From assembly GCA_963663165.1 (NCBI GenBank), contig OY760175.1, positions 1,248,001 to 1,312,000 on the forward strand: a stretch of DNA of 64,000 nt, read 5' to 3'. The translations under genes and the position numbers were made by a program. Positions 48,503 through 58,170 of the stretch are shown piece by piece. Source of the DNA: an uncultured Desulfospira sp. (GTDB lineage Bacteria; Desulfobacterota; Desulfobacteria; Desulfobacterales; Desulfobacteraceae). Below the pieces are notes generated by a model. The model saw nothing but the letters and a program-made list of their open reading frames with translations, had not been told where the DNA came from and ran no database searches. Each line of letters opens with the position of its first letter. Positions within the stretch are counted from its first letter, which is position 1.

Positions 48503-49278
48503 AACTTACCATAAAAGATCTGACATTCGGCTACGGCAGCCTGCCGGTTCTTCAGAATATTAGCTTTTCTCTTGGCCCCGGGCAGATACTGGCATTAACC
48601 GGCCCCAACGGTGCCGGCAAATCCACCCTTCTAAAATGCATGAACGGCCTGATCCGGCAATGGAAAGGACGGGTTGAGCTCAATGGAAAAGCCTTAAAAA
48701 AAATACGCCCAAGGCAGATCGCAAAATGCATGGCCTACGTCCCCCAGACCATATCAACCGTTTTTCCGTTTAAAGTCTTTGATATGGTTCTTCAGGGCCG
48801 GTACCCCCATCAGCGGTTCGGATACGGCCAAACGGATTATGAAAAGGCGTTTCATGCGCTCAGACGGATGGGGGTACAGGATCTGGCCATGAGGGATTTT
48901 AAAGCCATCAGCGGCGGTCAGCGCCAGAAAGTGGCCATTGCCCGGGCCATTGCCCAGGAGGCTGATGTTCTCCTGCTTGATGAGCCCACCAGCAGCCTGG
49001 ATATTTTGCACCAGCTTGAGGTGATGGAACTGCTCAGGGGCCTGGTCAGCCAAAAAAAGATATCCGCGGTTGTCACCCTGCATGACCTGAACCTGGCCGC
49101 CCGGTACGCGGATATCGTGGTCATGCTGGACCGGGGGCAAATCATGGCGTCGGGAGATCCGGGCTCGGTTTTAACCAGTAAAACCATCGCTTCGGTATAC
49201 GGTGTCAACGTTGCTGTGACCCGTGTTGAGGGCAGGCCCCATATTGTCCCGCTAAAACCGGTCCAGCCCCCATTATAA
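48493..49278 (+). CDS. ABC ATP-binding protein (probable CTG start)
   Basis: Walker A GPNGAGKST lies upstream of the first ATG (48640); AGGAG 6 nt before the in-frame CTG at 48493. Confidence 0.88.
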   Translation: MAVELTIKDLTFGYGSLPVLQNISFSLGPGQILALTGPNGAGKSTLLKCMNGLIRQWKGRVELNGKALKKIRPRQIAKCMAYVPQTISTVFPFKVFDMVLQGRYPHQRFGYGQTDYEKAFHALRRMGVQDLAMRDFKAISGGQRQKVAIARAIAQEADVLLLDEPTSSLDILHQLEVMELLRGLVSQKKISAVVTLHDLNLAARYADIVVMLDRGQIMASGDPGSVLTSKTIASVYGVNVAVTRVEGRPHIVPLKPVQPPL

Positions 49279-49306
49279 ATGAACCAATTTAAGATGAGGT
49301 TTTCCC

Positions 49307-50065
49307 ATGCTGTTTGAAATTTACAATCGACTTATTGAACCGATCCCGGCCGGCATAAACATACAGGCCTCCTCCCAGGGCCTTTGGTGGACCTGCATTA
49401 CAAGCGATGTGGGGTCCGGCATGGCCATGACCTTTCAGGAAACCATCGGCATACCCTGGGAAAATCCCGAAGACTTGACCCTGCGTGAAGTTGCCCAGTG
49501 GATTTTTGACTGGGATTTAAGAAGATGTTCCTTTGCCATGGCAGCCATCAATGCCTATTGGAACAGCCGCGACATGCTTGAGAAAAATTTTAACGGCGAC
49601 ATCACCTATAACGCCGTTAACCAGGAAACCCTTGAAGGCTTTGTAACCCAGCAGCTTTCCCGGGATCAGGTGGTGGTTTCAGTGGGCCATTTTCCCTTTA
49701 TGGATCATATCGTTCATGACAACTTTTATATTCTTGAAAAAAGACCGCAGCAAAAAAGGGACCTGCCGGATACAGCATGCGAAGACATCCTGCCCAAAGC
49801 CGATATCGCCCTCATCACCGGCGCTAGCTTTGTGAATAAATCCCTTCCCCGGTTACTGGAACTTTCCAAAAATTCGAAGATTCTGCTTCTCGGGCCCAGC
49901 ACCCCTCTTTTCCCGGGGCTCTCAGAATACGGTGTTCAAAAGATTATCGGCGGCGGATTGATTCACCATGCGGATACGGTGCAGCGCATGGTCAGAAACG
50001 GGTCCGGCGGTGAACTGTTTTTTATTGAAGCGTTTTCCCGCCTGGAAATCAATCTGGGCGCTTAA
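49307..50065 (+). CDS. DUF364 Rossmann-like putative metal-binding protein
   Basis: AAINA, VGHFPF, ILPKADIALITGASFVNKSLPRLLEL, LLGPSTP. Confidence 0.8.
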   Translation: MLFEIYNRLIEPIPAGINIQASSQGLWWTCITSDVGSGMAMTFQETIGIPWENPEDLTLREVAQWIFDWDLRRCSFAMAAINAYWNSRDMLEKNFNGDITYNAVNQETLEGFVTQQLSRDQVVVSVGHFPFMDHIVHDNFYILEKRPQQKRDLPDTACEDILPKADIALITGASFVNKSLPRLLELSKNSKILLLGPSTPLFPGLSEYGVQKIIGGGLIHHADTVQRMVRNGSGGELFFIEAFSRLEINLGA

Positions 50066-50112
50066 CCCATGCCCCCCGTCATGATGCCTTAAACGGCGGG
50101 AAATGCCGGGGT

Positions 50113-50559
50113 CTAATCCAGATCAACCCAGTACCGGGACCAGGGGCAACGCTCCTTGTAAGGGTACTTCATCAGTTCCGTGGCCAGGATGGAAAAATCT
50201 TTTTTCCGGATGGTGCAGTAATTGACCTGTTTTTTGCCCATGATGGATTCCACCCCAACGGCCGCATAAAGCACCTCGAACTTGTCCTTGACGCTGCACC
50301 GGACCGTCCCGGTGATGATGGTCAGGTTTCCTTCCTTTCGAACTTCAAACACATCGATCATGGTAATCTTAAAGGGTGATCCGTTAAAATAGGAATCTGC
50401 GCCGGTCCGGGTCATTTCGCAGGTTAAAAAACTTCTAAATTCCCCTTCAACCCCTGCAAATTCATAATCTCCTGCCAGGGAAGGGGTCCCCCCCCATAGC
50501 AACATTCCGGTGACCCATATCAGAAAAGCCGCATTAACCCAGCGCTGTTGAACCATCAT
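50113..50559 (-). CDS. Secreted hypothetical protein
   Basis: Signal peptide, 148 aa. Confidence 0.7.
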   Translation of the reverse strand: MMVQQRWVNAAFLIWVTGMLLWGGTPSLAGDYEFAGVEGEFRSFLTCEMTRTGADSYFNGSPFKITMIDVFEVRKEGNLTIITGTVRCSVKDKFEVLYAAVGVESIMGKKQVNYCTIRKKDFSILATELMKYPYKERCPWSRYWVDLD

Positions 50560-50562
50560 GGG

Positions 50563-51354
50563 CTAAGCCTTTTCCTGAATCAGGTTTTTCAGGTTTTTTT
50601 GAAGGTCCTCAAGAACCATGGGCTTGAGAATAACCGAGCCGGCACCGGCATACTTTTTTTCATAATCTTTCATGGTTTTTGAATCCCGGTAACCGGTCTC
50701 CACCAGGATAGGGATCTGGTTGTCGATTTTCAGAATACCGCTGATAAATTTGCCGGACAGCATCCCGGGCGCCTTGTGGTTGGCAATGATCAGCTTAAAT
50801 TTCTCCGGCTGGTTCTTGAACGCCTCAAGGCCCAAGTCCGAGTCCCTGGCCATCACCACCTGGTACCCTGACGTTTCAATGACCGATGAGATCAGCTTGC
50901 CCCGGGTTTCATTGGCATCAATCACCAGGACGTACCGGTCTCCCTGCAAAACCGTTTCCATGCCCATTTCATACCGCCACTTGCTCCCGTTAAAGGGGTG
51001 GATACGGGTCACGTCAACTTCATAGGCCCGGGATGAAATAAAGGCGTCATTATCCGCATCATCCACTTTGACGATAAATTTTTTGTCCCGGGCAATATAC
51101 TGCCGCAGCCACAGCCGGTACTGATTTTCTTCTCCGGTCAGGATCAGCACTTTTGGACCGGCCGGGCTCATAACCTGGATGGAATGGTAGATCAAAGGCT
51201 GTTTTTCAAATTTGACGGCTGTCTCATTATAGTGTTCTTCCACAAAGTCCAGGATATAATCCCGTGAAAGCCCGGTCCCCGATGAAACCAGCATAAAAAG
51301 AACCATTCCCAGGAACCCCGAAAGCACTGGTTTAACGTTGAATTTTGTTTTCAT
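50563..51354 (-). CDS. Hypothetical protein with a C-terminal receiver-like domain and an N-terminal signal/TM segment
   Basis: YVLVID...GYQVV...FKLII...MLSG...IPILVETGY...KP. Confidence 0.7.
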   Translation of the reverse strand: MKTKFNVKPVLSGFLGMVLFMLVSSGTGLSRDYILDFVEEHYNETAVKFEKQPLIYHSIQVMSPAGPKVLILTGEENQYRLWLRQYIARDKKFIVKVDDADNDAFISSRAYEVDVTRIHPFNGSKWRYEMGMETVLQGDRYVLVIDANETRGKLISSVIETSGYQVVMARDSDLGLEAFKNQPEKFKLIIANHKAPGMLSGKFISGILKIDNQIPILVETGYRDSKTMKDYEKKYAGAGSVILKPMVLEDLQKNLKNLIQEKA

Positions 51355-51535
51355 GGATTTCCTTTCTAAACCGTTATGCCCTCATGGCCGGCCATATTTG
51401 AGATTTCAGGCCCGTTATGATTGAAGGGGTTCGCCTATTGCGGGAGCCGGGCTCCCATCCGAAGCCCCGGGGAAGACGCTGTCTGCTGTCTTTCCTTTAA
51501 CTCCCAATCGGCACTCCCCGCCAACATCTTGAGCG

Positions 51536-51904
51536 TTATCTTAAGAGTAAAGCAAGCCCGATCAGAACCAGCCAGCAAAACCCGAGCATAAACAGGTGGT
51601 GTATATGGTCGGTCTGTCTTCTGGCACGAATCCGCCCTAGCAAAATACTGAGGACCAAAACCGTACACCCCGAAATAATGGTGACGGTCAGGTATTTTAA
51701 GGCCTCATAATCCCGGGAGGTTCGCAAATTCAGCTGGTAAAACCGGTCAAACACCGTTTCATATTCGGGCTGGGCATAATGAAAGAAAATAAGGCTGACC
51801 AGCAGAACAACCCAGGCAAACCAGCTGAAAAACATAAAGAGCCGGGATTTGATGTCCGCTGTCCTTCGTCTGTCCGTTGACTGTTTATCCTGTTCCTGGA
51901 TCAT
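51536..51904 (-). CDS. Three-TM membrane protein
   Basis: Hydrophobic segments; HYAQPEYET. Confidence 0.7.
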   Translation of the reverse strand: MIQEQDKQSTDRRRTADIKSRLFMFFSWFAWVVLLVSLIFFHYAQPEYETVFDRFYQLNLRTSRDYEALKYLTVTIISGCTVLVLSILLGRIRARRQTDHIHHLFMLGFCWLVLIGLALLLR

Positions 51905-52027
51905 GGTTATAAAAGGGATTTAGACTGAAGGGATTTAGGCTGAAGTATATCAATCATTTTTCGTTCCCCGGTTTTTTTCCTTTTCTTGCCTTTAGTCTTC
52001 AGCCTATCCACCTTCAGCCTGCCCGTC

Positions 52028-52873
52028 CTAAAGATGCGCCTGTCCCTTGAACCGGCGGGTAATCATTTCAATAATTTCCTCGGCACTGGTTTCAATGGGT
52101 TTGTTGCTCACATCAATCATGGAGTATCCCCTGGTGATATAATATTTCTGGGCATCTTTAACCTCATTCTCCACCGCGGTCAAAGATGAATATTTCCGCA
52201 TATCCGGCGCCCCTAAGCTTTCCTGCCGCATCCGGCGATGGGCCAGAAGCTGTTCCACATTGATATTCAGGGCAATCACCCGGCGCCGGTCCACCTCATC
52301 GAGCCCGGCCGGCATGGGCACACCCGGCACATAGGGAATATTGGCGACCTTCCAGCCCATGACGGCCATATACATGGACAACGGGGTTTTGCCCGCCCTT
52401 GAAAGGCCGACCAGGGCAATTTCAGCCTCGTTGAGGGTATCCGGATTCATCCCGTCATCATGGGCCAGGGAAAAATCAATGGCCGACACCTGCTTGAGGT
52501 TGATATGGTGGGTTTCCCTGTAGAGTCCCGGCCGCTCAAGGGGGTCCTGATTCAAAAACGCCTGGATTTTGGACAGGATGGGCCCCATCAGGTCAATGGT
52601 GACAATATGGTATTCCATGCCCTTCCGGGTCAGGTACTGCCGTAATTCCGAATTCACAATGGTATGGACGATAAGGCTTTCAACATCCCGGACTTTTTCA
52701 ATGAGTTCATCCACCTGGCTTTCGGTCCGGATATGGGGCACTTTGACCACGGTGATTTTGTTGTTGGGAAACTGGACCAGGGTGGACTCCACCAGGTGAA
52801 ACCCGTTAATGCCCTCTCCGCATGAGGCCACATAGATCATCTGAAAATCATGGTGTTCAAGCGCATCAATCAT
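52028..52873 (-). CDS. PPDK/PEP-synthase regulatory kinase-pyrophosphorylase (DUF299)
   Basis: AIDFSLAHDDG, LVGLSRAGKTPLSMY, KVANIP, DVSNKPIETSA. Confidence 0.92.
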   Translation of the reverse strand: MIDALEHHDFQMIYVASCGEGINGFHLVESTLVQFPNNKITVVKVPHIRTESQVDELIEKVRDVESLIVHTIVNSELRQYLTRKGMEYHIVTIDLMGPILSKIQAFLNQDPLERPGLYRETHHINLKQVSAIDFSLAHDDGMNPDTLNEAEIALVGLSRAGKTPLSMYMAVMGWKVANIPYVPGVPMPAGLDEVDRRRVIALNINVEQLLAHRRMRQESLGAPDMRKYSSLTAVENEVKDAQKYYITRGYSMIDVSNKPIETSAEEIIEMITRRFKGQAHL

Positions 52874-53182
52874 GGAAATATCCTTTATTCCGGTTTTTAT
52901 TTACGGTATAACGGCCACGGGCCGCTTTGGTTATCCAACCAAGAGCCGCCCACAACAAATAATGAAACTGAAGATACCGGGAACGGCAGGCTATAAACTG
53001 GGCACCGCAGGTGCCTCGCCCTCTTGTCTCTTGTTTCTTGTCTCCAGTTTCTTATAAAACTGTCACGGGCGGCCTGGGGTTCAGGACCCGCTTTATTGGC
53101 AGCAAATATCGAAACTTTTTTACCGGCTTGTGCCAAAAGTTTCATATAAACCATAACGGGGAACAATGCAAACATGACGCGC

Positions 53183-53383
53183 CAGGGTGATCGCATGTAA
53201 CTTGCCTGCCGGTGATGTCAATTTCGAGGATAAGGATATGGGGACTTGGGATATGGGATATGGGACTTGGGTAGGCCACGGATGCTGCAATCCCCAAGTC
53301 CCATATCCCAAGTCCCAAGTCCATTATATTGATCCTTATTTTCCATTCCAGGATGGATTATTTTTTTATATGCGCTTGCCCTG
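53183..53383 (-). mobile_element. 201-bp MITE, copy B, with GGGACTT/GGGATAT heptamer core
   Basis: TIR CAGGGTGATCGCATGTAA / TTATATGCGCTTGCCCTG; 10-bp TSD CATGACGCGC at 53173-53182 and 53384-53393. Confidence 0.9.
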
Positions 53384-53418
53384 CATGACGCGCCGCAATG
53401 GGGGACAATAAACAAACC

Positions 53419-53706
53419 ATGGTGGTTGGAACCGGACAGATTAAATTCAGACTTTTTGATGTGCATTCCCTTAAAGCCAAACGATCCATTGTGAAATCCA
53501 TCATTGCCAGGATTCAGAACCGGTTTAACATCAGTGTGGCGGAAACCGGCCTCAATGACAGCCATGAATGGGCTGTAATCGGGTTTGCGCTGGTGGGAAA
53601 CGATGCCAGGGTGATCAACTCCAAGGTGGACAAGGTCTTTAACATGGCCGATGAGTTGGGATTGGCCATGGTGGCCGACACCCATATGGAAATCATTCAT
53701 GTTTAG
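53419..53706 (+). CDS. DUF503 (YlxP-like) protein
   Basis: HSLKAKRSIVKS...RFNISVAE. Confidence 0.88.
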   Translation: MVVGTGQIKFRLFDVHSLKAKRSIVKSIIARIQNRFNISVAETGLNDSHEWAVIGFALVGNDARVINSKVDKVFNMADELGLAMVADTHMEIIHV

Positions 53707-54088
53707 ACTGAAGGCTCAAGGGGGGGCAGGCTGAAGAAGGGGAATCCAGTTTTTTGCGGGTTTTTCGTTTTCTTCGCTGTTTTTGTTTTTTGATTTTTTC
53801 CATCAGAACGGCCTGTTTCCCCGGATTTCCCGTCAGTTTGGCCTCAACCTGGTCGGCTAACAGCCGCAGGGCCATGAACCGGTTTAAATGCTGGGACCGG
53901 TGTTTGCCGTATTTGACGGCAATTCCCGTGGGGACGTGGCGGATAAACACCGCCGATGAGGTCTTGTTGACCTTCTGCCCTCCCCGGCCCGATGACTTGA
54001 TGAATTTTTCTTCAAGGTCGGTTTTCCGGATTCCTAAGCCCGCTATCCGTTTTTCAAGGGCCTCAAGTTTGCTTTTATCCGGTCCCAA
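53693..54088 (-). CDS. RF-1-domain peptidyl-tRNA hydrolase (ArfB-like)
   Basis: SSGRGGQKVNKTSSAV, RSQHLNR, basic tail. Confidence 0.88.
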   Translation of the reverse strand: MGPDKSKLEALEKRIAGLGIRKTDLEEKFIKSSGRGGQKVNKTSSAVFIRHVPTGIAVKYGKHRSQHLNRFMALRLLADQVEAKLTGNPGKQAVLMEKIKKQKQRRKRKTRKKLDSPSSACPPLSLQSKHE

Positions 54089-54162
54089 TACGGTTTCCTT
54101 TTCTTTTATTCAGGTTAAAAATCATATACCATACCCGTACTGCCAATGGATATTAAAATCAT

Positions 54163-54651
54163 TTGAGGAATGTTATGACTGAAAAAATAAGCCGATGGGG
54201 GGTTGGACCGGTATTTGCCTTCTGGTCTGTTGGATATGGAATCATCATGCTGGCCATAAGCAGATGGTTTGCACCGGTATTTGAGATAAATTTTATACCG
54301 CGCCGGGTGGTAATGGGTGTTGGGATCGCCCTGCTGGCCATAGGGGTTCCGTTTTTCATCCGATCGGTGAAAACGGTGATGAAAGCGTATAATGCCGACA
54401 GGCTTGTTATAGACGGCACCTTTAAATACTGCCGACATCCCCTTTACGCATCGTGGGTGGTGTTTCTGGTTCCCGGGATCGTCCTTTTAGCCAACTCCTG
54501 GCTAGGTCTGACCACACCGGTATTCATGTATGCTGTTCTGCGAAGCCTGGTGGGAAAAGAAGAAGTATACCTGGAATCCGTATTTGGCCAGGAATACCTT
54601 GAGTATAAAAACAAGGTGCCCTGTATTCTGCCTTATGGGATGATGAAGTGA
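54163..54651 (+). CDS. ICMT/PEMT-family methyltransferase
   Basis: GTFKYCRHPLYA, EEVYLESVFGQEYLEY. Confidence 0.88.
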   Translation: MRNVMTEKISRWGVGPVFAFWSVGYGIIMLAISRWFAPVFEINFIPRRVVMGVGIALLAIGVPFFIRSVKTVMKAYNADRLVIDGTFKYCRHPLYASWVVFLVPGIVLLANSWLGLTTPVFMYAVLRSLVGKEEVYLESVFGQEYLEYKNKVPCILPYGMMK

Positions 54652-54681
54652 TACCGTTAACCTTTTATTGAATATTTTAAA

Positions 54682-54713
54682 CAGCGGCCGGAAATGGTAT
54701 CTTCCGGCCGCTG
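54682..54713. terminator. Hairpin between convergent genes
   Basis: CAGCGGCCGGAA...TTCCGGCCGCTG. Confidence 0.55.
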
Positions 54714-54744
54714 CGGTCAGTGGATCACTTTAAAACAACGAATG

Positions 54745-56664
54745 CTACAAAGACTTGTACAACAATATCAGTTTACGGGCATCCCGTACGGTAATGGCTC
54801 CGTCGCCGTCAAGGTCAGCGGCCGGATTAACCGATGCCGACTGCCTCAGAAGGCTGCGGATAGCACTGATGTCGCTGCGGTCAACGACACCGTCACTGTT
54901 GAGATCGCCGGTCACCTTGATGATGGTGTAGGTATCCATCAGTGAGCCATCCGCTGTACGGTAGGCGGAAACCGTAAAGGTGTCCCCATTTTCAACCTCT
55001 TGTACCTCTACGTTGAGGTAGGAGGGTTCCTTGGGCTGGCTGTATGCCGCAAAGTATAAGTTGGTCCAGCCGTCGATGTCGTTAAAATTGTAGTATTTAC
55101 TGCCTGAGGCTGAATCAGCGGTAAAGTAGACGGTTCCAGTGGGGTCAATAATCCTGCCTGCCTCATCTTTATTGGAATTATCCTCAGCCACCTCAAAGTT
55201 GGTGAGAGGATAAGTCCTGGCATAAAAATGATCATGCCCGGCAAGGACAACATCTATATTATAATCGTCCATAACCGGAACCAGGGAGGTCCTCAAAGTA
55301 GCCACATCGGTTACATGACTGGCTGAGCTGTAAAGAGAGTGATGGAAGACCACAACTCTCCACAGGGCGCTGGGATTTGCTCCAATAGCCTCACCCATGA
55401 ATTCACTGTGTGAAGCGGCACTGCTGTTGTTAGAGTTTAAGACCATAAACAAAACCTTGCCGTAGGTAAACCAGTAGTCGCCGGCATAGGTAATGGTCTC
55501 TTCGTCTATGGTAGATGAGAGTTTGCCGTAGTCCGACTCATTGGGAACATTAAACTGGTATGAGTAGAGAATACTCTTGTCATGGTTTCCGTTGGCAGGA
55601 GCCAAGGGCATGGAAGTAAGCTCTTCTGCACTGAAGAACCCCTCGTACTGAGTGTCCGAAGTGGCGGTTTCCACCTGGTCGCCGGAGCTCAGTATAAAGC
55701 TGGTATCTTCAAATTTGGTCAGGGCTGCGGTGACCGTTGTGGCCCAGCCTTCTGCATCACCGGTGGTGTCCCCGCTGGCACCGATCTGGGGATCACCCAC
55801 AAAGATGAAGTTATAGTTGTCTGATCCTTTGGTACGGAAGGTGTCCATGTCAGTGTAAGTATCATCATATCCCACGGCATAGACATATGTGGTGTCACTG
55901 TTAATATTGGGCATGGTGACTTTACAGGAATAGACAGTGGGCTTACAACCGTATTCGTTCACTTCAGTTCCTGATGAAGTATCCGGGCACTGGTCATCAT
56001 CGTCTGCCACTCCGTCACCATCCTCATCAGGACAGCCGGCATCATTCACTGTTGATCCCAACGGTGTTTCGGAACATGTGTCCACATCATTCAGAACACC
56101 GTCGCCGTCAGCATCATTGGCCAATTGACAGCCGTCTTCCCCCACCACGGTCCCGGCAGGCGTTTCAAGGCATTCGTCACTGGTGTTTGCAATACCGTCT
56201 TCATCATCATCCTGGCAGCCGTCTTCATTGACCGCAACACCATCAGGGGTATCTTCACAAAGATCACTGGTATCATAGACACCATCTCCGTCAGTATCGG
56301 TACCGCCGCCGGGGCCGCCGGGACCACCGGGGCCACCGCCGGGGCCACCGCCGTTAGGTGGGGCACCGCCGGAGGAGGAAGATTCCTCAAGAACTTCCGT
56401 CATTACAGCATCAAAAATTGTGGCTGATGCCGGGAATTCTCCGTCTTCAAGCTCGCTTTGTCTGCAGACTTTCACCTGGACAGGGGTGGGGTCGATGGTC
56501 AGCCAGCTAAAGTTCAGCTCAGCTTCATCACCGCCCAGCTGGATGGTTAGATTGTCAGCCTCATACGGGGTGGTCGCCGACGCCATTGAAATTGCTGTGC
56601 CGGAGATGCCCAGTACGAGGGTTGCGGATAAAAATAATCCGCAGGCCTTCAGTTTTTTGTTCAT
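54745..56664 (-). CDS. Secreted purple-acid-phosphatase-like metallophosphoesterase with TSP3-like repeats and a C-terminal dockerin
   Basis: GDPQ, GDQV, GNHD, VFHH, GHDH; DxDGDGVxD...C repeats; GDLNSDGVVDRSDI...ADLDGDGAITVRDA. Confidence 0.88.
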   Translation of the reverse strand: MNKKLKACGLFLSATLVLGISGTAISMASATTPYEADNLTIQLGGDEAELNFSWLTIDPTPVQVKVCRQSELEDGEFPASATIFDAVMTEVLEESSSSGGAPPNGGGPGGGPGGPGGPGGGTDTDGDGVYDTSDLCEDTPDGVAVNEDGCQDDDEDGIANTSDECLETPAGTVVGEDGCQLANDADGDGVLNDVDTCSETPLGSTVNDAGCPDEDGDGVADDDDQCPDTSSGTEVNEYGCKPTVYSCKVTMPNINSDTTYVYAVGYDDTYTDMDTFRTKGSDNYNFIFVGDPQIGASGDTTGDAEGWATTVTAALTKFEDTSFILSSGDQVETATSDTQYEGFFSAEELTSMPLAPANGNHDKSILYSYQFNVPNESDYGKLSSTIDEETITYAGDYWFTYGKVLFMVLNSNNSSAASHSEFMGEAIGANPSALWRVVVFHHSLYSSASHVTDVATLRTSLVPVMDDYNIDVVLAGHDHFYARTYPLTNFEVAEDNSNKDEAGRIIDPTGTVYFTADSASGSKYYNFNDIDGWTNLYFAAYSQPKEPSYLNVEVQEVENGDTFTVSAYRTADGSLMDTYTIIKVTGDLNSDGVVDRSDISAIRSLLRQSASVNPAADLDGDGAITVRDARKLILLYKSL

Positions 56665-56828
56665 TTCTTTTCCTCCTTATTGTTTCTTGTTTGTATGAAA
56701 ACCCTTTCCATAGGCTTTCATTTATTTGTTATGGGCGAACCCGGATTTTAGCTTCCCGGGGTTAGGCCCTTGACGCTTATGGGGTTAAAACCGCAATCAA
56801 AGAATAGAAATTCGGATTTATTTTCAGT

Positions 56829-57992
56829 CTAAGGTTTCTTTTTTAGTAATCTTGCCGTAACCGCAGCGGTCAGCGGGATGGTCAGCACCACGGCCATGCT
56901 CCCTGACAGGGCCTGTGCCGTTTCAATGGCAACAAGATTTGAACTGATCAGCTGATTGTACTGAACACAATAAAAATTAAGGATCAGGATGGTGGACAGG
57001 GCCGCCCCCACAAATGCCAGTATCAACGTGTTGGACATGGTCCCGATCATGTCCTTGCCCACATTCATGCCGGCCTTAAACAGGTCCATGGCGCCGAGGT
57101 CCGGCCGGTTGACATGCAGTTCATTGATGGCCGATACAATGGACATGGCCGTGTCCATGACCGCTCCCATGGAGGCAATCAGGATGCCGGCAAACAGAAG
57201 ACGCTCAACCCCGAGCCCTGTTTTCTGCCTGATAAACAAAAGGCTTTCCGCCTCCTCTAAATTAAACCCTGACACATGAACCAGGCGGCTGAAAATAAGC
57301 AAAATGATCCCGGACAGAATGACACCGCAGGCGGTTCCGGTTATGGCACAAAGGGTTTTTTTGCTGACGCCGTTCAGAAAAATCATATTGGCAGACGTTA
57401 CCAGTATCACCAGGCCCACAGCACTCCAGGCCGGGGAATATCCCCTCATGATCAGCGGCAAAAATATGAACAGGATACAGACAAAAGTGTATATCAGATT
57501 CAAGCATGACATCAGCCCTTTCTTTCCGCTGACAAGGGTCATGGTCAGTAAAAAAATCAATACAAATAAATATATATAGGGGGCCCGGTCATAGTTATGG
57601 ACGCGAACCTTGAGTTTTCCGGAATCCAGCTCATCGACCACGACAACAAGTTTTTGGCCTTTTTGGGCAGTCACACTGTTATAAGTGGTCAGATAATTGT
57701 TTGCGGTCAGGGTTTCTCCTTTGTGCCTGCCTGAGAGCATCTCAACTTCAAGCACCTGTTTGCCAACCGGGATTTTGCTTGAGTGGGTGCTTTTTCTAAT
57801 GGATTGGTCAACAACAGATAAAACCCGGCATTTTTCATAATCGACGGTGGCTTTGGCAAACCGCCGGGTGTATTTGGTGTATTCTATCCGGCTGACGGCA
57901 AGAATAATGGCAGCGGCAAGAAGAATTAGCCCCAATGAAACAAGGAAATTCAAAATTTTAACATTGGTAAAAACAGGCCTTTCCTTTTTCAT
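56829..57992 (-). CDS. YibE/F-family membrane protein
   Basis: GILIASMGAVMDTAMSI, GMNVGKDMIGTMSNTLILAF. Confidence 0.9.
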   Translation of the reverse strand: MKKERPVFTNVKILNFLVSLGLILLAAAIILAVSRIEYTKYTRRFAKATVDYEKCRVLSVVDQSIRKSTHSSKIPVGKQVLEVEMLSGRHKGETLTANNYLTTYNSVTAQKGQKLVVVVDELDSGKLKVRVHNYDRAPYIYLFVLIFLLTMTLVSGKKGLMSCLNLIYTFVCILFIFLPLIMRGYSPAWSAVGLVILVTSANMIFLNGVSKKTLCAITGTACGVILSGIILLIFSRLVHVSGFNLEEAESLLFIRQKTGLGVERLLFAGILIASMGAVMDTAMSIVSAINELHVNRPDLGAMDLFKAGMNVGKDMIGTMSNTLILAFVGAALSTILILNFYCVQYNQLISSNLVAIETAQALSGSMAVVLTIPLTAAVTARLLKKKP

Positions 57993-58108
57993 CTAAGATC
58001 ACCTGAATTTTTATGGTTGTGCCGGATCACAAGGGTAAAAGGGTTTATTTATTACCGGCAGAGACAAAAAGACCGCAGCCTTGGCTTTTCATCTTTGCCG
58101 TAAGGATG

Positions 58109-58146
58109 ATGCCAATGCCCTGTGTCGGCTCACAGGGCATTGGCAT
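58109..58146. terminator. 16-bp stem hairpin downstream of the cohesin gene
   Basis: ATGCCAATGCCCTGTG-TCGGCT-CACAGGGCATTGGCAT. Confidence 0.6.
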
Positions 58147-58170
58147 GACACATGATATCTTTTGCAAAAA

